From NCBI RefSeq assembly GCF_009914755.1, contig NC_060937.1: a stretch of DNA of 64,000 nt, one strand, 5' to 3'. This document shows, one piece after another, positions 1 to 11,850 of this stretch. How positions within the stretch are numbered: position 1 is the stretch's first letter; each line of letters begins with the position of its first letter. This DNA comes from the human T2T-CHM13v2.0 reference genome, Homo sapiens. Position numbers and translations under genes: made by a program. Under the pieces are notes generated by a model that was given only the letters and a program-made list of their open reading frames with translations, made no database searches and was not told the origin of the DNA.

Positions 1-173
1 TTTTCATGTCCTTCTTATAAACTAATCCATACTTTGATTGAATATTTTATGTTTTCCTTTTTATATATAGCCATCCATCCATTAGGGATTCATTCCAGTG
101 AGCAGTATGAGATGTAGTACGTTTTTTTTTTTTTTTTTAATTTATCTTTTTCTTTACCTCTGCTTTGCTTTGC

Positions 174-738
174 TTTCTTTTTTTTATTATTATACTTCAA
201 GTTCTGGGGTACATGTGCAGAACATGCAGGTTTGTTATATAGGTATACACATGCCATGGTGGTTTGCTGGACCCATCAACCTGTCATCTACATTAGGTAT
301 TTCTCCTAATGCTATCCCTCTCCTAGCTCCCCACCCCGCAACAGGCCCTGGTGTGTGATGTTCCCCTCCCTGTGTCCATGTGTTCTTATTGTTCAACTCC
401 CATTTATGAGTGAGAACATGCGGTGTTTGCTTTTCTGTTCTTGTGATAGTTTGCTGAGAATGACGGTTTCCAGCTTCATCCATGTCCCTGCAAAGGACAT
501 AAAATCATCCTTCTTTATGCGTAGTATTCCATGGTGTATATGTGCCACATTTTCTTTATCCAGTCTATCATTGATGGGCATTTGGGTTGGTTCCAAATCT
601 TTGCCATTGTGAACAGTGCCGCAATAAATATACATGTACATGTGTCTTTATAGTATAATGATTTATAATCCTTTGGGTATATACCCAGTAATGGGATTGG
701 TGGGTCAAATGGTATTTCTAGTTCTAGATACTTGAAGA
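174..738 (-). mobile_element. L1PA (about L1PA7/8) 3' end: ORF2 C-terminus plus 3'UTR, 5'-truncated
   Basis: Poly-T, then TTATTATACTTCAAGTTCTGGGGTACATGTGCAGAAC (reverse complement of the L1PA 3' terminus). ORF 393..641(-) ends ...SFAGTWMKLETVILSKLSQEQKSKHRMFSLINGS, the L1 ORF2p C-terminus. Confidence 0.93.
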
Positions 739-1356
739 TTTCTCACTTTTGTCTCCTGTGTTCCTGACAGCTTTTACAGAAGTGGTGTCTTTTCCTTTCC
801 CCTCAAGTTTTCACTTTATTTCTGTGATTAATTTTTTCTTTCTTTAAAAAATGTGTTTTGTTGGCATCACTTTCAATTCCTCTAGTTATCTTGCTATCTC
901 TCCGTGTTTCTTCTTTTTGCTGTTTTTCCAACTGAAAACATTATTTCTGACCATATTTTTGATTACCATTCTCATCTTCTCTATGGCAAGACTTTGTATT
1001 GAGAACATTTAATCTGTTATTTTTCATTCCATTCGTTTCTTCTCATGTAGTGTACTTGCAAAGTCTGTGCTATTCCTCTTTCATTATACATCATAGAAGG
1101 AGATAAATGCTCTTTCCCTGCAGCAACTATTTGCAAGCGATCTTTTTTTGGGAGTTGTCTGGACATGTTCCAAGCTAATTGGAGTTTTGATTGTTATTGT
1201 TTGTTTGTTTTCATAGATCCACTTATTTTTTGTCTGAGTTTGATCATGCATTCCTTCTTCCTACTTAAACAAGATAAACAGCTCATTAGGAAACCCAGAA
1301 TACAAAGATTCTCTTTTACTATTTTAGAGAAAGTATACATTCTATATAAATGGCAG

Positions 1357-1409
1357 CTTTCTTTTTCTTTCTTTCTCTCTCTCTCTCTGTTTCTTTCTTT
1401 CTCTTTCCT

Positions 1410-1469
<60 letters not shown>

Positions 1470-1480
1470 TCCTTCTTTCT
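1357..1480. repeat. (TTTC)n/(TC)n polypyrimidine microsatellite
   Basis: Directly visible tandem TTTC and CT units. It explains the F/L/S-rich ORF 1165..1557. Confidence 0.97.
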
Positions 1481-3442
1481 TATATCAGTCCTCACTGCTT
1501 CTGCCTCCCTTGTTTCTTAGGACCGGCCATCTAAACAGTAACCTAGTGTTTTTTTAAGTAAGCATGTACTTCTCACCTTTAGAGAGTTGTGCTTCCTTTG
1601 TCTTTGCTGGGGATCCATTGTATCTGACTCTTCTCTACTGGTCAGTTAGCTTCACTTTTTCCTGTATGCTAGCTTCATCTGTGTTTTCCCTGGTAGCTAT
1701 TCCATCTGTTTTGGTGTCTGGCTTCCCAGCTGTCTCCTTATTTCACTGAAAATGGATTTTTTTCTTTTTGATGAGTGTTTTTTTTTTTTTGACCTCTGAG
1801 ATGAGATAATAGAAAACTAAATTTTTGCCTCCATGTTCAAACTGAATCTCCTCATAACTTCTTAATTAAATTTACCAGGTAATATTTCCCTGTGTTTTAG
1901 AAAATTCTACCAATATTTAGCAATATGACTTAAAATTAATTGTGTAGAGTATTTTGTATAATAAATCTGTCTGGACGGATGAAACTACATGAGTAACATT
2001 TTAATATTCTCATATGTTTGTTCCATATGTTATCTCAAAGTAACGTTATGACATGAATGATCCTGTTCCCCTCAAGGAGAGCACCTTTGCCGTGCTGAAT
2101 GGTAACAGACTAAGTATTTTGATATGGTCATTAAAATATTCAAACATAAATCCAAACCCTTAAAGCATTCTTCAACACATGATTAAATACATAAATAAAT
2201 TACAAGGTTTCCAATGAGTCACCCTTCACATTATCTTTCAAAAACAAAGGGTAGAATTATCTGTTAGGATCAAAATAGGTCACTGCTACCTATGATTTTC
2301 GAATGTCTGGTCTACTTGTCCTTGCACGAACGTAGCTCACAATAGATTCCCAGATTTCTGATATGCTAAATTGTTTCTACATAGCAATGAGCATTCTTTG
2401 TAAACAATATTGTTTGAAATTATTTGTATGATGAGAATCATTTCATGTGCAAAACATTTTTGCTATTAGTAAAACCACGAATGAGTGAATATTTGCCAAA
2501 CAAAAAAGGGAAAAAGACACCTGCAGTACAACTTGTGTATGGAATATAGAGATGGTCATAAATACATAGAATGAGACAGATGAAACTGAATCGGGATCAA
2601 GATAAATAAGCCTGACTCTAGTCTTTGCTAAGCTCCGATACTGAACAAGGACACATATCCTCAGTGGAAACTGTGGGTCAGGCTTTTTTCTTTTTCGATC
2701 TTGACTCTACAGAGCCCTAGGGGTCCCACAAGAATTCTTTAGGACTTGAGAAGGAGATGACAGGGTCAGAGATGCTCAAGAGCAGGGCTATCATTTTAAC
2801 ATCATCTCTACAGACCAAATGTGTAAAATTACACTTAAAAACCAAGCCTGAAGCTTAAAAATATTTGAATAATACCCTTTGGTATTACACTAATTAGATT
2901 ACCAGAATATTCAGTGTGCTCAGCAGCATTACTCTTAAGCCATATCAGGTAAACAACAAGTTCAAAGAACTTCATGAACATCTTAGTTTCATTTCAGGGT
3001 TGTTCATGCAGCCTGCACATGTAGAGAGGGTACTGGGTTTCTTAAAGTGAGAACCCATCTGTCTTCCTCATTGCCTGACACTTTTTGACACACAAGTGTT
3101 ACCCTGGTGTCTTAAAACCATGACTTGAGAATAACAGCATAATCAAAAGAAAGTTCAGTGAGGCTCCATCTTTTTATTTTTTTTTTTTTATTGTTTCTAC
3201 TGCTTTCTTCTATGATGTTTGAAGTCTGGAGACAATTTATCACCAATAGGATTTAAGGATGGAACAAATTGTGCCTTTTTGACACATGATGATGATCATA
3301 ACATTGGACCAATTCTTAATAGTTAATGTACAGGTAAGGAGTGTGCTCGGCAGTGAGCAGCAGAAGCCTAAAAACATGGAAATGAGGTGTAAATAGTTTG
3401 GGTTTTATTTTACTAAATGAGAAACGAAACATTTTATGGTGG

Positions 3443-3923
3443 CTTACCAGTCAGAATTCTCTAGAGAAACAGAACCAAAAAGATTATATATGGTATATAT
3501 ACATATTTACACACATCTATATATGTATCTGCTTTTATATCTTTATATAATTATCTAGAGAGAGATTTAACTGGAATTGGCCAATATGGTGATGGTGACT
3601 CAGCAAGATACAAATCTTCAGGGAGGCTGGCAGGCTGGAAGTCCAGGGAAGAGTTGCAGTTTGAGTTGAAATCTAAAGTCCAGAGGCAGTCGGCGGTCTG
3701 CTGACAGAATTTCCTCATCTTCAGGGAAAATTGGTCTTAATTATAAAAGCCTTCAACTGATTGGATAAGGCCCTCCACATTATGGGGGGTAATCTGTTTT
3801 TATTCAAAGCCTACGGGTTTCAATGTTAATCTCATCTATAAGAATTTCTTCACAGAAACATGTTTGACCAAATATCTGGGTACCATGACCTAGCCAAGTT
3901 CACACATAAAATTAGTCATCATG
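3443..3923 (-). mobile_element. MLT2 (HERV-L) solo LTR
   Basis: AGAGAAACAGAACCAA near one end and GACCAAATATCTGGGTACCATGACCTAGCCAAGTTCACACATAAAATTA at the other (reverse complement of the MLT2 start). 5-bp TSD GGTGG at 3438-3442 and 3924-3928. Confidence 0.88.
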
Positions 3924-3991
3924 GGTGGTCAATTGAGAGTTGTCATGGCAGCTGTGCACCATCAGCAGGGACCTAAGATCTTTCAGTATTT

Positions 3992-4124
3992 TTTTATTTT
4001 TATTTTTTTGAGATGGGGTCTTGCTATGTTTCCCAGGCTGGTCTCAAACTCCTGAGCTCAAGTGATCTTCCACCTCATCCTTCCAAATTGTTGAGATGTC
4101 AGGTGTGAACCACCATACCTGGCC
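3992..4124 (-). mobile_element. FLAM (Alu monomer)
   Basis: T-tail plus a single Alu left-arm monomer. TSD CTTTCAGTATTT / CTTTCAATATTT. Confidence 0.9.
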
Positions 4125-4489
4125 CTTTCAATATTTGTATTTCATCATTTTTAATACATGCCTTTTATCTTCTAGGTTGCCTCACGGTCACAAAGTGGCT
4201 TCTAACACTCATGCAACATAGCTATGATTCCAGCCAGGGAGAAAGGTAAAAGCAAAATGAATGCTGCCAGTAAAAACTGCCTCTGCTCTTTTTGAGCATT
4301 CCTTGAGGCTATAAGTTACCTGGCATCTCATTAATGATATCTATTTTACATGGTCGCCTCTACCTGCGAAACGGCCTGGAAAACAGATTATAGTAGGCAT
4401 AATGCACTCCCAACAAAACTGTGATTTTGTTAGAACAAAGGAAGAGTAGCATGTGTATTAGGGAACTAGCAACCTATACCACAGCAGCT

Positions 4490-4720
4490 GATTTATAATG
4501 AGCACTAATTTTGTGCCAGGCACTGTGTTGAGCATTTTGCATATATTACCTCCAGTACTCTTCACAACACCTCTACGAAATAGAAACAACTATTATCATC
4601 CTCACTTAGAGTTAGAAAAGCTTAGGCTTGAAAACTTCAACAACTTGGTCCAAGCCAAACATATTAAAGAGGCACACCTGGAACTGACCTTAGGACTTCT
4701 GACATCTCTGCTTTGCGTTA
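4490..4720 (-). mobile_element. MIR SINE
   Basis: GAGCACTAATTTTGTGCCAGGCACTGTG...TATTATCATCCTCACTT...AACTTGGTCCAAG, the MIR core in antisense. Confidence 0.8.
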
Positions 4721-4906
4721 TTTCTGCCATTTCTTTTCAGACAGTTAATGATGGCTCTTCAGCTCTGTGGTTTTGAGTGCTTACAGACACACGCCCTCTG
4801 CTGTCTTCAAACTCCAAACCACAGGCTTGAGAAAACCCTTCTGCAACTTCCAACTGCATATAAAATATGAACCTGAGCAATCGTGCATCAAATATTCACT
4901 TACCTT

Positions 4907-5388
4907 TTCTTGTAAATTTGTTTGAGTTCCTGCGGCACTATTCACAATAGCAAAGACTTGGAACCAACCCAAATGTCCAACAATGATAGACTGGATTAAG
5001 AAAATGTGGCACATATACACCATGGAATACTATGCAGCCATAAAAAATGATGAGTTCATGTCCTTTGTAGGGACATGGATGAAGCTGGAAACCATCGTTC
5101 TCAGTAAACTATTGCAAGGACAAAAAACCAAACACTGCATGTTCTCACTCATAGGTGGGAATTGAACAATGAGAACACATGGACACAGGAAGGGGAACAT
5201 CACACACTAGGGCCTGTTGTGGGGTGGAGGGAGGGGGGAGGGATAGCATTAGGAGATATACCTAATGTAAACGACGAGTTACTGGGTGCAGCACACCAAC
5301 ATGGCACACGTATACATATGTAACAAACCTGCACGTTTTGCGCATGTACCCTAAAACTTAAAGTATAATTTAAATATGTATATATATC
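4907..5388 (+). mobile_element. L1PA (about L1PA4-5) 3' end with a short 5' inversion (twin priming)
   Basis: Sense ORF2 end and 3'UTR at 4931-5372 (ORF 4983..5165 MIDWIKKMWHIYTMEYYAAIK...MFSLIGGN). Antisense L1 piece TTCTTGTAAATTTGTTTGAGTTC at 4907-4929. 14-bp TSD TATTCACTTACCTT at 4893-4906 and 5389-5402. Confidence 0.93.
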
Positions 5389-5433
5389 TATTCACTTACC
5401 TTAAGGGTATAAAATCAAATTTCTTCTATTTCT

Positions 5434-5726
5434 GTTTTTTTTTTTTTGAGATGGAGTCTCTCACTGTCACCTGGGCCAGAGTGCAATGGTGCGATCTTGG
5501 CTCACTGCAACCTCCGCCTCCCGGGTTCAAGTGTTTCTCCTGCCCCATCCTCCTGAGTAGCTGAGATTACAGGCAGCCACCACCATGCCTGGCTAATTTT
5601 TGTATTTTTAGTAGGATTGATTTTCACTATGTTGGCCAGGCTAGTCTCGAACTCCTGATCTCGTGATCCTCCCGCCTCGACCTCCCAAAGTGCTGGGATT
5701 ACAGGCATGAGCCACCGTGCCAGGCC
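5434..5726 (-). mobile_element. AluS (Sg-like)
   Basis: Full Alu dimer in antisense. Perfect 16-bp TSD AATTTCTTCTATTTCT at 5418-5433 and 5727-5742. Confidence 0.96.
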
Positions 5727-5964
5727 AATTTCTTCTATTTCTTATCTCAAATTATTTCCATTGAATGAAAAATGACCCACATATGTTATTTCTGCAATAT
5801 TTAAAAATGTCAAACACACTGTTGTTTTAAATAGTTTTCGTGCATGGAATCCACCTGCCTGGCCTTCCTCTGTTATGTAGACAAGTACTCATTTTGTATT
5901 TGCCTGTCTAAGCCATTTTTTCCCAAGTGATTCAAGCCACTGAGAAAATCAATGGCTCTGAGGT

Positions 5965-6205
5965 TTTCTTTCTAGCTTTATTGAGGTATAATTAGCAAAT
6001 AAAAATTATATATATTCAAGTTGCACAATGTATTTTGATATATGTATACATTATGAAATAATTACCACAATCAAGCAAATTAACATATCAATCATCTCAC
6101 ATAGTTACTTTTTAAATTTTGTGGTGAGAATACTTAAGATCTACTTCCTTCGCAAGTTTCAAGTATACAATATGTTGTTATTATTAATTATAGTAACCGC
6201 GCTGT
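5965..6205 (-). mobile_element. L1MA (about L1MA8/9) 3' end
   Basis: CTTTATTGAGGTATAATT...ACCACAATCAAGC...GTGGTGAGAATACTTAAGATCTAC, an L1MA 3'UTR signature. Confidence 0.82.
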
Positions 6206-8149
6206 ACTTATTCATCATAATTACTACATTGTTAGGCTTCTATCTTCAGCTCAGCCAATCCTTTTGTCCCCCTTACAGTGTCCTTGATGCAAATCTGGGC
6301 TGGTTTTTGTCTTGTGACAACAGGAAAGTCACAATTGCCCTAGGAGTATGCTTCAACAAGTTGGTCCCGAGAGCCCACAGTGGAGTTCCTATATCTAGCC
6401 CAGAAGACCACTCACCTGCAGTTGTGTCTTTTAACACGGGTAGCAGATTGCACTATTTTAATTAATCTTGTTGCAGATTTTGTTTTTCTATGGAACTGAC
6501 ATTGAAGCCTCTGGCCTTGATTCATCTCCCATTAGTGCTACTAATCTTTGTTTAACTTTGCCACTTTGCTGCCTCAAGGCCCACCAGCCAATGCCACCAG
6601 GTTGGAAAGTGAATGCCAATCACAGCAGTTCTAACAGTTAGCCATCCATGCTACGGCCTCCTGAAAGTCAATTGTGTCAACTGTGTCCAAAGGACATAAA
6701 ATTAATTCCCCGTTGGCTTTTCCCAGAGGCTTCTGAGGCTTCACTTAATTAACCTCTAGATAGATGGCAGATAGTGGCTGTGTCTTACAACAGTCTTTTC
6801 CTCACATGAGTTCTTTACTTCCTGAATGACCCTGCCTGTCTTTAATGCAGACCAAACCTTCTTCCCAGATGCTGAGCAGAAACTCAACCCCTGTTACACA
6901 ACACACCCAGCTACTCAGCCTTCTCTACAAAGAAGCAATTTAATAGCCATCCTGGTTCTTCTTGTCTCTGTGATGGAAAGGTGGAAGAGCCACTAGAACC
7001 CTGAGAGGCTGAATTCATTTCCAGGTGTTAATGCTGCCACAGGTTCAAAGGGAGGTGCGCAGGAGAGGTACTTTCAATTAAATTCACATACCCGTTAAAC
7101 ATGGGGGGCTTGTTTCCAAATCTCTCTATTGGGCATCTGACCTTAGCACATGGGGCTGTAACAATACAGAAAACCAGGAATTTATTTGCCCTTAACTTGC
7201 CCCCTTTTTCTTCGTTTTACATTCTAATAATAGCAATTATTGTCTTATGTCCAAATCCAAGAAAGAGAGAGAAAGATGAATCCAGGAACAATCCCTCACA
7301 AAGGTACAGGAACATTTCCATATTGTGTAAGGTGGAACATTTCTAGGATGCCTTCCTAGGATTTTCTATAGCAGAAGCCTTCCCTCAAATGGTAGCCTAC
7401 ACAAGGCTCTCTCTCCACGCCAGCTACACAGGAAGAAAACTAAAAAAGAGATAGCAAGAAATCTCATAAGATCATAAGAAAGGTTCTCAATCTGATAAGA
7501 AAGTTCCTTTCCCTTGGCCCTTTGGTTCAATACTAACTGTGTGCCCTTGAATCTGATATACACATGCCACTCGCAGTGCTCAGGACTAGCACAGATGTTG
7601 TGTTGAGGCAGAAGGGTGGGTAATGTGCTTCTTTTCCATCAGTGGGTGGATATCTTTTTGGTCATGGAACTCCTTAAACATGGAATATAGCTTTGGATTT
7701 GATCCCCCCAAAATGCCTTTCTGCATTTAAGCAGCAACTTTATATTTTATTTTATAGTCTATAAATCTGAGACGCTCTCTCACAGACCTCTAGTTGAGAG
7801 ATTTGCCCTAGTAGTTAGAATGTACCACTAACAATAGGATCTATCAGCTCTGTGCTCCAGGGTGTCTCCTCAGTTTCAATTCACGCAGCAATTTATCCCC
7901 AGACTCTGTCTAGCTAGACAGAGTTGATGGTGTTCCACAAAAACCATTATTTCAATGAAATATGTAATTAGAATTGTATCATGGAGTTTGCTGTGTTCTC
8001 CTTTAGCCAATAATCTTTTAGCAAACGTAAAGGAACATATGGAATTTCTATTGGAGACAGGCCTAGGACATGGAACCTCAATTCTGTCTGAATGGTACAG
8101 AATCCTGAAGTTAAGAAAAAAAATGCTACACAGAGAGATCTCTGTTACT

Positions 8150-8340
8150 GGGCTCTAGTGGAGGGCACATTATGTGGAAAAACAAGCATTGACTGGCTCT
8201 GTTATTTATAATTTAGGTTCTTTGGAAGTTGCTTTCCGGGCCTTTTTCTTCTCATATATAACATGAAGATAATCATTCTTAGCCCATGGAGTTATTGCAA
8301 TTACTAAACAAAACGATGTGGCTAGTATACCAGAGGCACT
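8150..8340 (+). mobile_element. MIR fragment
   Basis: Degenerate MIR core (CTGGCTCTGTTATTTA...CTCATATATAACATGAAGATAATC...GAGTTATTG). Confidence 0.55.
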
Positions 8341-8850
8341 CCATGACTGGATGAATTCATGTGTGAGAGCGCACACATCCCATGCTCACACTCTATATGC
8401 ATCAGCAAATGCTTATGACACAATCACTATAAAAAACCAGATATATACACTTACAATACATGAAGGCCCTCAGACTCAGAAATGTGTTCTTTTCCCAAGT
8501 GCCAACAGGTATGTGAGTGTGTGAAATGCAATGTCCCTACCCATAAAGAAACATAAAACAAATTTAAATAAGCTAAGGTGAAAAACAATTCACTTCTTTA
8601 ATCTTTTATCCTTATAGTGTTTAAAGTGACCTCAAAGCAAAGCATAATTATGGGCATATACTCAATATAGACACAAATAAAACTGATAAGTGCTTGAGGG
8701 AAATTATATTCTGCTAGCTAGAATAAGAATAATGGTTTTCCTATTTGGTGTTTTTTAAAAGTGCTTTCTTTCCTCTGATTAAAATTAATTTAAGATGAAT
8801 AGATGTATTTTGAATTTATTAATGAGTGAATATCATATATATAATTCTGT

Positions 8851-9238
8851 TGATATTGTTTGGTTCTGTGCCTCCACGTAAATCTCATCTTGTATTGTAA
8901 TCTTCACCTGCGGAGGGAGGGACCTGTAATCCCCACCTGTCAAAGGAAGGAGGTGATTGGATCATGGGGGGCAGCTTCCCTCATGCTGTTCTCAAGATAG
9001 TGAGTGAATTCTCAGAGATCTGGTGGTTTTATAAGTGTTGGGAAGTTCCTCCTTCATTTTTCTCTCTCCTGCTGCCTTGTGAAGAAGATGCTTGCTTCCC
9101 CTTCGCCTTCCATCATGATTGTAAGTTTCCTGAGGTCTCCCCAGCCATGTGGAACTGTGAGTCAATTACACCTCTTTCCTTTATAAATTACCCAGTCTTG
9201 GGTATTTTCTTATAACAGTGTGAAAATGAACTAATACA
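8851..9238 (+). mobile_element. THE1D-like MaLR solo LTR
   Basis: Termini TGATATTGTTTGGTTCTGTG...AATGAACTAATACA. Internal GATTGTAAGTTTCCTGAGG and ATAAATTACCCAGTCT. Confidence 0.92.
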
Positions 9239-9319
9239 CCTGCGTTTGTTTAAAAGGCTTTGTAGGCATAAAGGTAATTGGTAGAAAGGCAAACTTGTAC
9301 AGTAAATACATAACTGTTC

Positions 9320-9555
9320 AGGGATTTGGTTTAAGAACACGGTCTTTGGATTTAAACTGCCTGACTTCAAACCTTGTTTTTACTACTTACTGTTCCTTCT
9401 AGTTAACTTCATGAATCCTTACTTTCCTCACTTCTTAAGCAGTGATAAAAATATATATGTCTATTTCAGAAAGTTGTGAGAATTAAATGAGATGCTATCT
9501 ATAAAATGCCCAATCTGGTGCCTCACAGATTAAACAATAAATGTTTAATATTAGT
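9320..9555 (+). mobile_element. MIR SINE
   Basis: GGTTTAAGAACACGGTCTTTGGA...GTTGTGAGAATTAAATGAGATG...CAATAAATGTT. Confidence 0.75.
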
Positions 9556-9686
9556 AATATTTTTATTTTAAATGTTTTAAATCTCCCGGTTTGGTAAGCA
9601 CTGGTGTTAAAGGTTCTCTTTCATTTGAACAGAATGTTAACTTCTTATATAGCAGAATAGCATCTCATTTTAAAAGATAAACTGTC

Positions 9687-10003
<317 letters not shown>

Positions 10004-10240
10004 GAGAAACTATCTTTTTGTCATAACTCTATTGTGTCTAAAGAGGATTTAAACTTGAGGCAGACAAGAACTCAGCCACACTGAGAGAGGGATGCAGAGA
10101 AAGCCAGGACTCAAATTGGGAAGGGCCGGGCTAGTGGACAGTTTGTAGGGTTGGTTCTGTGATAGAGCTTGGACTCACATGCACACTTTGTGATACCAAG
10201 GTAGTGGTTTGTGGAGGAGAGTCAGAGGTAAACATTAATT

Positions 10241-10273
<33 letters not shown>

Positions 10274-10319
10274 TAGAGAGAGAGAGAGGGAGGGTGAGAG
10301 AGAGAGAGATAGAGAGAGG

Positions 10320-10356
<37 letters not shown>

Positions 10357-10385
10357 AGGGAGAGAGAGAGAGAGAGAGAGAGAGA
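10241..10385. repeat. Compound (TG)n-(GA)n/(GGGA)n microsatellite
   Basis: Directly visible. It gives the ER- and SL-repeat ORFs 10242..10502 and 10235..10477. Confidence 0.97.
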
Positions 10386-10494
10386 TTTACTGCAAGATTC
10401 ATCCTGAAAAGGAACAGGAGAACAGACAAAATGTATAAAATAAACATAGATGACACAAGGTGTTTAAAGATAGTCATCTTGTCTCATCAGACAC

Positions 10495-11014
10495 TGTATT
10501 AGTCCATTCTCACACTGTTATAAAGACGTATCTGAGTTTAATTGGCTCATGGTTCTACAGACTGCACAGGCTTCTGCTTCTGGGGAGGCCTCAGGAAACT
10601 TACAATCATGGCGGAAGGCAAAGGGGAAGCAGGCACAGTCTTCACATGGCCAGAGCAACAGAGAGAGAGGAAGAGGAGTGTGAAATGCTGCACACTTTCA
10701 AATAACCAGACCTCATGAGAACTCACTCACTATCACAGCAACAGCAAGGGCGAAATCTATCCCCATGATCCAATCACCTCCCACCAGGTCCCTCCTTCAA
10801 CATTAAGGTTTACAATTAGACATGAGATTTGGGTGAGGACACAGAGCCAACCTCTATCATTCCATTGCTGCCCTCCTCCCAAATCTCATGTCCTTGTCAC
10901 ATTTCAGAACACAATTATGCCTTCCCAAAAGTTTCCCTCAAGGCCCCTTCTCTAACATTGAGGATTACAATTCAACATGAGACTTGGGAGGGAACATACA
11001 GCCAAACCATATCA
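10495..11014 (-). mobile_element. MSTA MaLR: near-complete 3' LTR, ~80 bp of internal sequence and a 5' LTR stub (internally deleted provirus)
   Basis: LTR at 10495-10859. MST-int end at 10860-10940. Second LTR terminus ...CATGAGACTTGGG...CCAAACCATATCA at 10941-11014. Perfect TSD GACAC at 10490-10494 and 11015-11019. Confidence 0.88.
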
Positions 11015-11558
11015 GACACCATACCTTCCAAATTCCCAACCCCATAAATATGATCAGAAACCTGCCAATACCTAGTTAACCAAATTCAACTTAATATGTA
11101 GGACTGGTTTTATAACCTCCACTGTTCAGGAATATCTAAGTTCCCTTTTACAAATGAAATGGACCCCCTAAAAATCACCCTTCCTATTTTTTCATAAATA
11201 TATTTCTTAATGATAATAAGATTTAGTTGTTCCCTTTTAGAATATTTCTGCAAAACAGGAGAGTTGGGAACTTGGATCAGCATTTCCTAAACTCAGTTTC
11301 TGAGAACACTAGTAGGTATGTGAGCTTAATAAATATTCATACTAAAAATTAAACTGTAGCTATTTTGTGAAATGCTAGCTTTGAAAATTAGGCAAGCTTC
11401 TTCACATCATGACACCCTGAAATCACTAATAGGATAAATTGTGTTGTGAGGGATGTTGTATCATTTCACAAAAGTGAACAGGAGAAGACTAGCTCACGCC
11501 ATTTTATTTTTTCACCAAGCATTTTAAGTAACTGTACGATGTCTTTTGTCTTCAACTA

Positions 11559-11850
11559 GAGGCAACATAGCAGGGTGATTAAGAAGACACAAATCCTGCA
11601 TCCAGAGTGTCTAAGTTCAAATTCCAGCTCTACCACTCTCTAGCTGTGCTATCTTGAGCAATCACTTACTCTCTCTCCTTTCTCCCCACACACTCACACA
11701 CACTTTCAATTCTCCCTCAGTTTTCTTATTGATAAAATGGGGATGAAAATACTACCAACTTCATGGTGTCACTGTGAAAACTAAACAAAATGAAGTTCAC
11801 AAAGCAGTTAGAAGAGCCTGACACATAATAAATGATAAGTAAGCTATAGT
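11559..11850 (+). mobile_element. MIR (MIRb-like), near full length
   Basis: GTTCAAATTCCAGCTCTACCACT...AGCTGTG...CCTCAGTTTTCTTATTGATAAAATGGGGATGA...CCTGACACATAATAAATG. Confidence 0.85.

Larger units (their letters stand above)
3326..4483 (-). mobile_element. Ancient MLT1 (K/L-like) MaLR LTR, interrupted by an MLT2 LTR and a FLAM
   Basis: Degenerate MLT1K/L-like motifs (GGTTGCCTCACGGTCACAAAGTGGC; CATGGTCGCCTCTACCTGC; CCCAACAAAACTGTGATTTTGTTAG) on both sides of the insertions. Confidence 0.55.

Noticed and set aside
6230-7900. ~1.7 kb of moderately GC-richer sequence, possibly a decayed ERV internal region
   Set aside because: No LTR termini, PBS or convincing gag/pol motifs could be read. 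A Dfam/tBLASTx search is needed.
8896-8953. 29-bp tandem duplication (TGTAATC..CACCTG..) inside the THE1 LTR
   Set aside because: Probably a feature of a THE1D variant rather than something locus-specific.
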